A DNA stretch of 22,302 nucleotides from a virus. The stretch lies in UHGV virus genome UHGV-1135478. One strand, 5' to 3'. The notes under the pieces were generated by a model. It saw nothing but the letters and a program-made list of their open reading frames with translations, searched no databases and was not told the origin of the DNA. Shown here piece after piece: positions 15,292-22,302 of the stretch. The translations under genes were made by a program, and so were the position numbers. The stretch's first letter is position 1. Each line of letters opens with the position of its first letter.

Positions 15292-15807
15292 TTACTTAAC
15301 CTCAAAAACTGGCTCAAGAACCAATATAAAGTCTACACAGTCATCTTCTTCATCCAGAATACCATCAAAGTTCTTAGGAACGAAGTCGAAGAGGCTCATA
15401 ACAAAACAGTCAGAAGTGACCCTGATAGTCCCTCCCATGTTCTCTACAGTTAACACTGTACGACTTTCTTTTACCTCCCTCAGAAGATTACTCACAAAGT
15501 CATCTAAGAAATACTTCATTAGTGACTTGAAACCTTTAGGGTAATCTGTACCAAAGTATGTTTCAATCTGTGGTACAAGCTTAACATTTATACTAGTCTT
15601 TGTTAAGAACGTTTTAGAGAACATACTATCAGGTAACTTACAAACAGTCTTTCCAGTACCTTCATGTTCAATCTCAACAAAACCAGCTTCGTCGCCACAT
15701 GTGACTATTTTAAAAGATGCTTCATTCTCATGCTGCGAAGCCATAAACTTTTTAAGCATCACTTTAAGGAAATCTGCATGAGCATCTTGTAAGTAGATAT
15801 CAATCAT
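15292..15807 (-). CDS. Hypothetical protein
   Basis: 171-aa ORF; RBS AGGTGA before ATG 15805-15807; coupled to neighbours. Confidence 0.6.
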   Translation of the reverse strand: MIDIYLQDAHADFLKVMLKKFMASQHENEASFKIVTCGDEAGFVEIEHEGTGKTVCKLPDSMFSKTFLTKTSINVKLVPQIETYFGTDYPKGFKSLMKYFLDDFVSNLLREVKESRTVLTVENMGGTIRVTSDCFVMSLFDFVPKNFDGILDEEDDCVDFILVLEPVFEVK

Positions 15808-15820
15808 AGTTAATCACCTA

Positions 15821-16180
15821 TTATGGGAACAGACACTTGATGTCATCGTTTTTAAAAACAAAACTTGTGTAGTTGTGACCATCAACATCCAGCCAAACAG
15901 CCTGAACATCTACACCATCAAGATTGTGGTAAAGCTCTTTGATGAAGTGGTCTTTCACAATCTGACTGCTAGTTGTTTCTAGCTTAATGTTTGAGATTGC
16001 TGAACCTACAGCCATATAACCCATGACACGTTTCTTCTCAGTATGCTTAATCTTACCATCTTTGTAAGCCATAATGAGATTGGAAAGAATCTTCACACCA
16101 TAATACTTCTCAAGGTGAGTAGGTACGCCATAAAAACCTAATGCGAAGTTTTCAAAGTGGATAATGTTTTCACGTTTCAT
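15821..16180 (-). CDS. Hypothetical protein
   Basis: 119-aa ORF in the co-directional early cluster; weak RBS. Confidence 0.5.
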   Translation of the reverse strand: MKRENIIHFENFALGFYGVPTHLEKYYGVKILSNLIMAYKDGKIKHTEKKRVMGYMAVGSAISNIKLETTSSQIVKDHFIKELYHNLDGVDVQAVWLDVDGHNYTSFVFKNDDIKCLFP

Positions 16181-16181
16181 A

Positions 16182-16481
16182 TTAATCTGCCAACCTTAAA
16201 TTGAAATTAACACCAAATTTTTCACACACTCCCAACATATACTCAAGGGAAACATTCCCAGTGAGGTGGATTATGTTGGATACACGAGCCTGAGAGATAC
16301 CGCAAATTTTAGCAACTTGTTCTTGAGAAAGACCTCTGGATTTAATCTCTCTCTTAAAACGATGTGCAACGAAGTCTCTCATTTCGTCTACATCCATTGG
16401 ACAAATATAACTCTCCATTTCAGCCTCTCTATCAGCCTCCCAATCATCTTGTGGGGCATAAGGGTCAAAAACATCATTCAT
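16182..16481 (-). CDS. Helix-turn-helix DNA-binding protein (XRE-like HTH at C-terminus; acidic N-terminus)
   Basis: HTH-like segment LSQEQVAKICGISQARVSNIIH. Start set to ATG 16479-16481 (MNDVFDPY…) with RBS GGAAGAAGAAAG, in preference to the upstream TTG of the ORF track. Confidence 0.6.
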   Translation of the reverse strand: MNDVFDPYAPQDDWEADREAEMESYICPMDVDEMRDFVAHRFKREIKSRGLSQEQVAKICGISQARVSNIIHLTGNVSLEYMLGVCEKFGVNFNLRLAD

Positions 16482-16686
16482 CTTTCTTCTTCCGTTTGCG
16501 TGAAGTGTCAATCAATGAATCTATGTTTGTAGCCCTAACCTTTTCACGTTCATCGTTAAGATAATCATCAAGAACCTTTTCAATCTGTGAATCATCTTGA
16601 CAGATAACTGTAAAGACTGTAAAGCCGTCTGTATCATCAATTATCTTACCATAACCGCTTCTGGGATGTAACTTTTTAAGAGCCAT
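16474..16686 (-). CDS. Small acidic protein (hypothetical)
   Basis: 70 aa, acidic core with a K/R-rich tail (…SRKRKKKDE); directly upstream of and overlapping the HTH gene. Confidence 0.5.
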   Translation of the reverse strand: MALKKLHPRSGYGKIIDDTDGFTVFTVICQDDSQIEKVLDDYLNDEREKVRATNIDSLIDTSRKRKKKDE

Positions 16687-16687
16687 A

Positions 16688-17071
16688 TCAAATACCTGTG
16701 CAGCTTCTGTTTTCTAAGAAATACTCAACACCATACATAGCTTTTTGCATCAAATCTTCTTTAAACTGGATACGATGGTTGCGCATAGCCTGTACATCAA
16801 TATCATCATGGTGCTTCTCTTTAATATTTGCAGATTGCAGGAAATACTCTCCAAGAACGCGATACTGATAGTCAGTTACCTTATCAGTCATCTCTGTTAA
16901 AGACTCTTCAGAGATTGGTTTCAGTAGCTCACCATTAGCTAGAGCAAGACCTTTAACAATCTGGCAAGTGTCTTCTGGAACACCTGATAAGTCCACATTT
17001 GGAAGTTCTGTTGCATTGACTGGTAAATTCATTGCCATAACCATTGCAGCAGCTAATAAAATCTTTTTCAT
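16688..17071 (-). CDS. Secreted/periplasmic protein with cleavable signal peptide (function unknown)
   Basis: N-terminus MKKILLAAAMVMAMNLPVNA then TELP…; two Cys in mature part; RBS GAGGT 5 nt before ATG; first gene downstream of the tandem promoters. Confidence 0.65.
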   Translation of the reverse strand: MKKILLAAAMVMAMNLPVNATELPNVDLSGVPEDTCQIVKGLALANGELLKPISEESLTEMTDKVTDYQYRVLGEYFLQSANIKEKHHDDIDVQAMRNHRIQFKEDLMQKAMYGVEYFLENRSCTGI

Positions 17072-17115
17072 AATGACCTCAAAGTTATATTAAATTTTGT
17101 ATTACATTGAGTATA

Positions 17116-17144
17116 AAAATAAGCTATAACACCTGACTTGTCAA
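17116..17144 (-). promoter_or_regulatory. Sigma70-like promoter P2 (TTGACA-N17-TATTTT)
   Basis: - strand -35 TTGACA at 17139-17144; -10 TATTTT at 17116-17121; ~45 nt upstream of ATG 17071. Confidence 0.45.
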
Positions 17145-17161
17145 CAGATTTTATAGCTTAT
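17119..17161. repeat. Perfect 11-bp inverted repeat centred on the P2 -35 (operator-like, or weak AU-rich terminator)
   Basis: ATAAGCTATAA (17119-17129) and TTATAGCTTAT (17151-17161), 21-nt spacer containing the -35 TTGACA; on the - strand RNA the hairpin is followed by UUUUUAUAC. Confidence 0.5.
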
Positions 17162-17318
17162 TTGGCAGATTTTTTATAAGGCTACTGCCATCCTTCCATA
17201 CCAGACTACGCCATGCCAGACCAGACTTCACATCACCTTACCGTGCAATACATCGCTTAAAACCCTCTTAGAAGACTCTTAAGTGATGCTGGTGAGTACC
17301 CGTTGGTTCATGCTGCTC

Positions 17319-17346
17319 AGTATACTCACCAAATTTTCTATGTCAA
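17319..17346 (-). promoter_or_regulatory. Sigma70-like promoter P1 (TTGACA-N16-TATACT)
   Basis: - strand -35 TTGACA at 17341-17346, 8 nt after the ligase stop; 16-nt spacer; -10 TATACT at 17319-17324. Confidence 0.55.
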
Positions 17347-17353
17347 CAACTTT

Positions 17354-18457
17354 TTATTCGTAATCTCGAATAACTAGCCCAACAGGGAACTGTAAAGACC
17401 CCTTACGAGTCATCTTCTGGAACTGAACCGTCAAAGGTTTCCCGATAAACTCTTCAGGATGCTCAGCAAGATACTGTTTCTTCTCATGAGTAGTTTTCCA
17501 TGAGACATCTACAAAGACGTTAGGAAGAGTCTCTACAACGAACTTGCCATGACCACGTTTATCGGTCTTTACACCAGTCACTTTAAACTCTTCAGTGTGC
17601 ATCTTCTTGTGCTTAATCAAGAAGTAGGAACGGTGACCACACTCGTAGAAAGATTCTTCAGAGATTGAGCGGTACATTGCACCTTCAAACTTAGCTTCAA
17701 CCCACTTATCATGAGCTTCATCAAACTCTTCCCAAGAATTTACACGACGAGACTTAACAGGAACAACTTTACAGCCGTCTCTAAAGTCATTCAATGGTGA
17801 AGTCTCAATAATATCTCTACGCTCAGGCCACGTCTTAGTACTGTCACAGATATCATACCAGTAAAACTTGAGTAGATGTCGGTCAGGATTGTCTTCATTT
17901 TTAATCATGGAGACAATATCTTCTAAGTCCAACCCATGAGCATAGATTTCACCATCAAATTCATCAACATCTTTATGGAGCCTCAACATTGCCATAATGT
18001 CAGGTATTAGCTCAGTAGGAATTTTATAAATAGTGTTCTCACGAGAATATGCTGTAAATACACTGCCAATACTTAAGTGTCTTGAAATTCTACAACGGAC
18101 ACCATCAAGTTTTGGTTGAGCATCAGCAGGGAACTTCAGATACTTTGCATGGCTAACCTTTGCAGCATCATGAGCAAGCTGTACACCTACCTTCTCAGTA
18201 TTCTGTGCAGACTCTTTTGTGTAAGCGTAACCTTTACGGTCTACTTGTTTCTTGTACTTAGCAGAAACTTCAAAGAGAGCTTGCTGTTCAGCGTTACGCT
18301 CATTCTTTTTACCGATGTTCTTAGGCTCTGCTGTGTACTCTTCAAACATCATCTTGCCATTTTCTTTACCGTAGGTTGTGATAACTTTGTCACCTACAGC
18401 AACGCATGACCAGACGTTGAAGGAACCATCTTTATTTTGTTTGTATAGGATTGTCAT
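17354..18457 (-). CDS. ATP-dependent DNA ligase
   Basis: Nucleotidyltransferase motifs: KLDGVRC (motif I), DGEIYAHG (III), EGAMYRS (IV), LIKHKK (V). Start set to ATG 18455-18457 (MTILYK…) with RBS GAGGT 6 nt upstream; the ORF-track start 18493 lacks an RBS but is possible. Confidence 0.85.
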   Translation of the reverse strand: MTILYKQNKDGSFNVWSCVAVGDKVITTYGKENGKMMFEEYTAEPKNIGKKNERNAEQQALFEVSAKYKKQVDRKGYAYTKESAQNTEKVGVQLAHDAAKVSHAKYLKFPADAQPKLDGVRCRISRHLSIGSVFTAYSRENTIYKIPTELIPDIMAMLRLHKDVDEFDGEIYAHGLDLEDIVSMIKNEDNPDRHLLKFYWYDICDSTKTWPERRDIIETSPLNDFRDGCKVVPVKSRRVNSWEEFDEAHDKWVEAKFEGAMYRSISEESFYECGHRSYFLIKHKKMHTEEFKVTGVKTDKRGHGKFVVETLPNVFVDVSWKTTHEKKQYLAEHPEEFIGKPLTVQFQKMTRKGSLQFPVGLVIRDYE

Positions 18458-18650
18458 TTTTAACCTCTGAGTGATACCAAGTATTGCAAGCATTACATGC
18501 GTAAAGCTCTAAGTCATTTTTATCTGGTTTATGGAAACAGTTTGACCCACAACGACACCGGAATAGCTTACCATCAACACGAAGAATGAATTTTTCAAGC
18601 TCACCATCTTCTGTAAGAACTGCGTTCTTAAATTTATCTTCTACAGTCAT
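18432..18650 (-). CDS. Small Cys-rich zinc-finger-like protein (hypothetical)
   Basis: 72 aa with CRCGSNC…CNAC; ATGA start/stop overlap with the upstream gene. Confidence 0.55.
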   Translation of the reverse strand: MTVEDKFKNAVLTEDGELEKFILRVDGKLFRCRCGSNCFHKPDKNDLELYACNACNTWYHSEVKNDNPIQTK

Positions 18651-18853
18651 TTTCTCTTACCACCAATCTCTACGTCGATAACTTGAACATCACCAGCAAC
18701 ATCAAACTTATGAATGATGCTTTCCACAGTGTAAGTCCAACCATCAATGCGAACCAGCTCACCTTCTCGTGGGACGATTGGATTACGTTGAGCTATGGTT
18801 GTAGTGGAGTGAACAACATCATAACGGTAGATATAGTTTACTAGGACTTCCAT
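18647..18853 (-). CDS. Hypothetical protein
   Basis: Start set to ATG 18851-18853 (MEVLVNYIYRYD…) with RBS GAGGT 7 nt upstream; the longer track ORF (to 18952) would overlap the lipoprotein gene by ~90 nt. Confidence 0.5.
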   Translation of the reverse strand: MEVLVNYIYRYDVVHSTTTIAQRNPIVPREGELVRIDGWTYTVESIIHKFDVAGDVQVIDVEIGGKRK

Positions 18854-18863
18854 CGTGAAAACC

Positions 18864-19121
18864 TCACTCAATAACCGTAGTATGTGATTGACCATTTTTG
18901 CCGTAGCTATAAGATGTTGTTGTTTGAGAGTTTGGACATCTGACAACAACAATATCCCTACTTATAGCGTCACCATTGAGTTTGTAGATTTTGCAGTCTT
19001 GCATCTCTGGAGGGAGGCTATAAGAGGCGTCTTTGTTTTCATAAGATGGGTTACAGCCAGCCAGAAAAATTACTCCAAGTGCAACCATTGCTTTCACACA
19101 ACTCTTAACCTTATTGTTCAC
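18864..19121 (-). CDS. Putative lipoprotein (lipobox LAGC); candidate superinfection-exclusion factor
   Basis: GTG start preceded by RBS GAGAGG; N-terminus VNNKVKSCVKAMVALGVIFLAGC has a signal peptide and lipobox Cys; mature part ~62 aa with 3 more Cys. Confidence 0.55.
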   Translation of the reverse strand: MNNKVKSCVKAMVALGVIFLAGCNPSYENKDASYSLPPEMQDCKIYKLNGDAISRDIVVVRCPNSQTTTSYSYGKNGQSHTTVIE

Positions 19122-19257
19122 GATAGTCTACCTCTCTGTATGTTTTTAAATAGTGAGTGATGAGTTCTGGTAATTCACTACGTTTAACGTTTGAACGAAG
19201 AAGTGTCCAGTCAAAACCTTTACCAACCCTTCCCCAGAGACTGTACATTTTCTTCAT
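19111..19257 (-). CDS. Small basic protein, 48 aa (not in ORF track)
   Basis: ATG 19255-19257 overlaps the upstream stop (ATGA) with RBS GGAG 7 nt upstream; translates MKKMYSLWGRVGKGFDWTLLRSNVKRSELPELITHYLKTYREVDYREQ; stop TAA 19111-19113 overlaps the lipoprotein start. Confidence 0.4.
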   Translation of the reverse strand: MKKMYSLWGRVGKGFDWTLLRSNVKRSELPELITHYLKTYREVDYREQ

Positions 19258-19472
19258 AGCAACTCCAGAATATCAATACGTTCACCTTTGAGTACTCCAG
19301 TACGGTCTCTTGCAATCTTACCATCAACAATAAGAATGTGCGCAGACTTTAAAGAGTCACCATTAAAACCTTTTACGAACTTACTAGGCATCACTACAAT
19401 GGACATCTCCTGAATCAACTCTGGAGTATAGCAATTGTCGTGAAGTTGCTGAATAACGTCTGCAAGTGTCAT
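19254..19472 (-). CDS. Hypothetical protein
   Basis: Start set to ATG 19470-19472 (MTLADVIQQ…), overlapping the upstream stop (ATGA); the ORF-track start 19487 is a TTG. Confidence 0.5.
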   Translation of the reverse strand: MTLADVIQQLHDNCYTPELIQEMSIVVMPSKFVKGFNGDSLKSAHILIVDGKIARDRTGVLKGERIDILELL

Positions 19473-19678
19473 TTTTGATGTCTCCAATACTCAATGTCAA
19501 TAAGTTCTTGTGCAATGCTTTTTAGATTACCTTTCAAGAAAACCTTCTCAGAACCTGAAAGAGATGAATTGTCAATTAACCTGTTCATTCTCTCAAACAA
19601 CTTCTGCTTACGGTTCTTGATAGTTTCCTTTGAAGCACCTTTCATCATTGCTGCATGGGTTCTTCCACGGTGGCTCAT
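19469..19678 (-). CDS. Hypothetical small basic protein
   Basis: 69 aa; strong RBS AGGAGG 5 nt before ATG 19676-19678. Confidence 0.6.
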   Translation of the reverse strand: MSHRGRTHAAMMKGASKETIKNRKQKLFERMNRLIDNSSLSGSEKVFLKGNLKSIAQELIDIEYWRHQK

Positions 19679-19704
19679 AAGCCCTCCTATACAAGATATA
19701 GTAT

Positions 19705-19733
19705 AAGGTACTCTTCCCTGAGCACCTTGTCAA
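19705..19733 (-). promoter_or_regulatory. Candidate promoter P3 (TTGACA-N17-TACCTT; weak -10)
   Basis: - strand -35 TTGACA at 19728-19733, overlapping the HNH stop; -10 TACCTT at 19705-19710; shares GTTGACAAG context with P2. Confidence 0.3.
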
Positions 19734-20266
19734 CTTAGTTTTGCAAACTCTCCGTGGAGTTTAATAGCAGCTTCACAGTAAGCTTTATGGGCTTCTTCAG
19801 GTGTGTCAAACATACCAAGATGATAGTTTTTACCTTGTAAACGTATCATTGCTCGAAACCTTTTATTTATCTTCTGTACACCTTTTGGCAACCCAGATTG
19901 GGACTTTCTTGACCGATTGCAAGAGTTTTGTGAAGCTGTACAAACCCTTAAATTCAAGTACCTATTGTCCCAACCGTCCCCATTCTTATGGTCAACCTGT
20001 AAGGTTTTATCAGGCAAATATCCATCCACATACAAGATAACTAAACGATTTGCTTGGTAACTCCTTCCATCAATCAGCAACTGAACTGACTTGTGTCCAT
20101 CAGTATTTGTTCTGTAGTTTCCAGCCCTCTTACCTCCAAATCTAGAGTTAAAATTTGCATTACCTTCTCTAAACTTCCAAGTAAAGACCCCTATTTCGGG
20201 GTCGTAGTCCAATAGCTCCTTAAGACGAATTTCTGTAATCATTTCAACACCATCAATGTACCTCAT
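19730..20266 (-). CDS. Free-standing HNH homing endonuclease with C-terminal AP2 DNA-binding domain
   Basis: HNH motif …LQVDHKNGDGWDNRYLNLRVCTASQN…; AP2-like segment …GVQKINKRFRAMIRLQGKNYHLGMFDTPEEAHKAYCEAAIKLHGEF…. Start set to ATG 20264-20266 (RBS AAGAG), overlapping the last 14 nt of the polymerase. Confidence 0.85.
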   Translation of the reverse strand: MRYIDGVEMITEIRLKELLDYDPEIGVFTWKFREGNANFNSRFGGKRAGNYRTNTDGHKSVQLLIDGRSYQANRLVILYVDGYLPDKTLQVDHKNGDGWDNRYLNLRVCTASQNSCNRSRKSQSGLPKGVQKINKRFRAMIRLQGKNYHLGMFDTPEEAHKAYCEAAIKLHGEFAKLS

Positions 20267-20809
20267 ACCAGCTCTTACCAACCTTACCTGTGCCAGTTAC
20301 AAGCGTCTCACTCTTCAAACCTAAATTCTTAGATGCCTGACCATACATCCAGTCAGTTATGGCTTTAACTTCTTGAGTCATACTTTCTGGGCATTCCCAA
20401 CTGTTCTCATCGTGGTATGCCAGCAAAAGTCTAGCACCAATTGCTGGTTTCCGTCCATTTAATTTTGTCAACCCTTCTTCACATGCTCTTCTACAAGCAA
20501 GGTTAATTGCCTCGTTCTGAATCTGACTTTCCGAACCCATGAGCAAATAATTCAATAACTTATGTGGAGATTTACACCACAACCAAGCTCCAGCAACCTT
20601 TACAAAACCCCCTTTAGAGATTGCAGCAGTCTTACCAAACACCTCTTCAAGTGCCTTTTTAGTTGCTTTGTAGTCAGCTTCCAAGTCATCTAGCAACTTC
20701 TTAATTTTAGGGAGGCGTACAAAGTAAGTTTGCTTAGTTAAAGCACCTTCTTCGGTTGTTGATGCTTTAATCGTCTTAGCAAACTTCTCATCACCTGCAC
20801 CGAACAATA
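20253..20809 (-). CDS. DNA polymerase, family A (T7 gp5 / Pol I type), exon 2 (C-terminal)
   Basis: Begins within motif B (…LFGAGDEKFAKT…, cf. T7 …FLYGAGDEKIG…); motif C YHDE; C-terminal …GKSWYEVH typical of family A. Confidence 0.85.
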
Positions 20810-21120
20810 CATCTGGTCAATACACTCGCAAGGTGTACCAGTTCTCTTATGAACTTCTCCGCATTTCTACGGAGTGTCGGACTATATCACGTAGTAGTAA
20901 TACTACCGTTGCACTTGGGAATGGTCATTAGCTTACCACCCTACTCTACTCAGTTCATACATTAAGTATGCTTTTCGATAGTCTCTGAACGTTTCTCTGT
21001 TAGGAATCTCTATAGTTATGTTATTTGCTTTAGGAGTCCTAACAGAGACTTCGCTGCTGATTACCATATCTTTACAGACTTAGGCTTCCAGCAATTCACA
21101 ACGTTTTACATGCGCCACTG
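20810..21120 (-). ncRNA. Group I self-splicing intron (311 nt, no ORF) in the DNA polymerase gene
   Basis: On the - strand: R element GTTCAGAGACTA (20979-20990) and S element GATATAGTCC (20879-20888) form the P7 core. Intron 5' region GCGCAT pairs with exon-1 end ATGCGT (P1, U-G at splice site). Intron ends in G. Stops in all frames. Confidence 0.8.
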
Positions 21121-22302
21121 ACGCATAAATGCCATTCTTAGCTTTCTTACGACCTTTGCTAATCTCATGAAGAAGATTCTCATCCTGAGTAGCTCGACAA
21201 GTCAAGATGTCCTGCTCATCGTTCAAGCTAAAGTAGATACTGTTCAGTGTATGTGCATCAGTCCCTGAATAGACAACGTACAGGTCATTCTCAGAGTCAT
21301 AGCGAAGGTACTTATCAATCTCTGGGTTGAGGTACTCATCAAAGTGTTTGCAGTAATAGCGTCCATCTTCTTGACGAATGAACTCAATCTCTTCTTTACC
21401 TTGTGTTACCGCTTTGGTGAAGTCTTTGTCACCCATAAAGTTACAAAGAAGAACTAGCTGGGCTGAGTTCATATCAACTGAAACAATGTTAGTCCCTTCT
21501 TCACAAGTCCACACCTCCCGCATAGGTGCTCCATAGACAGCAGCACCAGATGGTACGTTTACAATACCATATTGTGTCATACGCCCAGTTGAAGTACCAA
21601 ACACCATTGCACCAGCACTAAGGCGACCATCAGGACGAATCTGGTTCAACCAACCTTTTTCATCATCCTTTGAGTTCTCAATAGTTCTGCGTCTGTGCAT
21701 CAAAGTATAGTATTTAGCAATCTTCTGTCCAAGCTCACCTTCAATCGTATCATAAGATGATTCAGTAAGTTTTGGCGAAGTACGGATTAAGCAAGGCTCA
21801 AGCAAATCTGTGTACTTCTTCACAGACCAGTTATGCTCAATGTACTGGACACCTTCATGTTCAACATAACTCAAACCACACCGCTCAACCATTTCCTGCC
21901 ACTTAGGATGTTTTGTAATCATCTTTTTATTGTCTTTGAAACGACAAACTTTGACAGGACGACCATCTGAGTCTTTCTTGTAGTTCCAGTCATCTGGAAT
22001 CCAACCAACTGATTTCAAGTAGTCTTTAACAACTGCTACCTGAGTCATACGAGAAACTTCGAACTCAATTGGTGTATATGGTGCATCAATCAAACCTGTG
22101 TAGCGACTTGACTCAAGTTCAAAGTGGTTAACGACGTGGCTGTTATAGTACTTCACAGTTTTGACTGTTTTTACTGGTTTCCAGTCTTTGCATTTCTTAC
22201 CAATCTTTGCGTTCAACTCATTGCAAATTGCACGAGCATCCTTCATTGCTACAAAGCCTTCCTTGTACTCTTCACCAGTTACAGTGTTGGTTGGTGTATA
22301 GC
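21121..22302 (-). CDS. DNA polymerase, family A, exon 1 (N-terminal/middle part; 5' end beyond window)
   Basis: Frame open to window edge; contains motif-A-like …VSVDMNSAQLVLL… and the start of motif B …RKKAKNGIYA at the exon end. Predicted spliced junction …KNGIYA-LLFGAGDEK…. Confidence 0.85.

Noticed and set aside
17109-17146. TTGACA-N23-TATACT as a sigma70 promoter
   Set aside because: Spacer is too long for sigma70; the N17 TATTTT alternative was annotated instead and the long-spacing motif reported only as a shared element.
17145-17318. tRNA gene in the long intergenic region
   Set aside because: No cloverleaf-compatible sequence or T-loop GGTTCGAATCC-like motif was seen by eye; would need tRNAscan-SE to exclude formally.
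12981-20040. Opposite-strand ORFs 12981..13301 (-), 15187..15453, 16266..16532, 16364..16564, 18116..18409, 18888..19160, 19494..19706, 19801..20040 (+)
   Set aside because: Each overlaps a better-supported gene on the other strand, has no RBS, and no motif content; considered spurious.
20808-21079. Intein or two independently translated polymerase subunits instead of an intron
   Set aside because: The gap has stop codons in all frames, so it is not an in-frame intein. It carries group I R/S core elements and P1 pairing, and the flanking exons join precisely across catalytic motif B.

Overview
This 22.3-kb window reads as part of an AT-rich tailed-phage (Caudoviricetes) genome with two convergent gene blocks. 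All calls are from reading the sequence and the ORF track by eye; no searches were run. Nt 1-13545 (+ strand) is a late tail-morphogenesis operon: the 3' end of a putative tail tube gene, an intrinsic terminator, a tail assembly chaperone pair with a predicted -1 frameshift, a 742-aa tape measure protein, about seven translationally coupled baseplate/tail genes, and two paralogous tail-fibre genes. A promoter/terminator-bounded cassette of two small membrane proteins follows. A bidirectional terminator (~13558-13581) separates this from the - strand block (13588-22302): thymidylate synthase, dihydrofolate reductase, small Zn-ribbon and hypothetical proteins, an HTH protein, a signal-peptide protein behind two sigma70-like promoters, an ATP-dependent DNA ligase, a lipoprotein with small ORFs, a free-standing HNH-AP2 homing endonuclease, and a family A DNA polymerase interrupted by a 311-nt ORF-less group I intron. 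The polymerase continues past the window end. I saw no tRNA, rRNA, CRISPR array, integrase or transposase, so the content looks like a virulent phage; a Felix O1-like affinity is possible but is a guess. The best-supported unusual feature is the intron with its adjacent endonuclease. The most speculative candidates for an undescribed system are the early operon (promoters, palindrome, secreted protein, acidic small protein, HTH protein) and the post-fibre membrane cassette.
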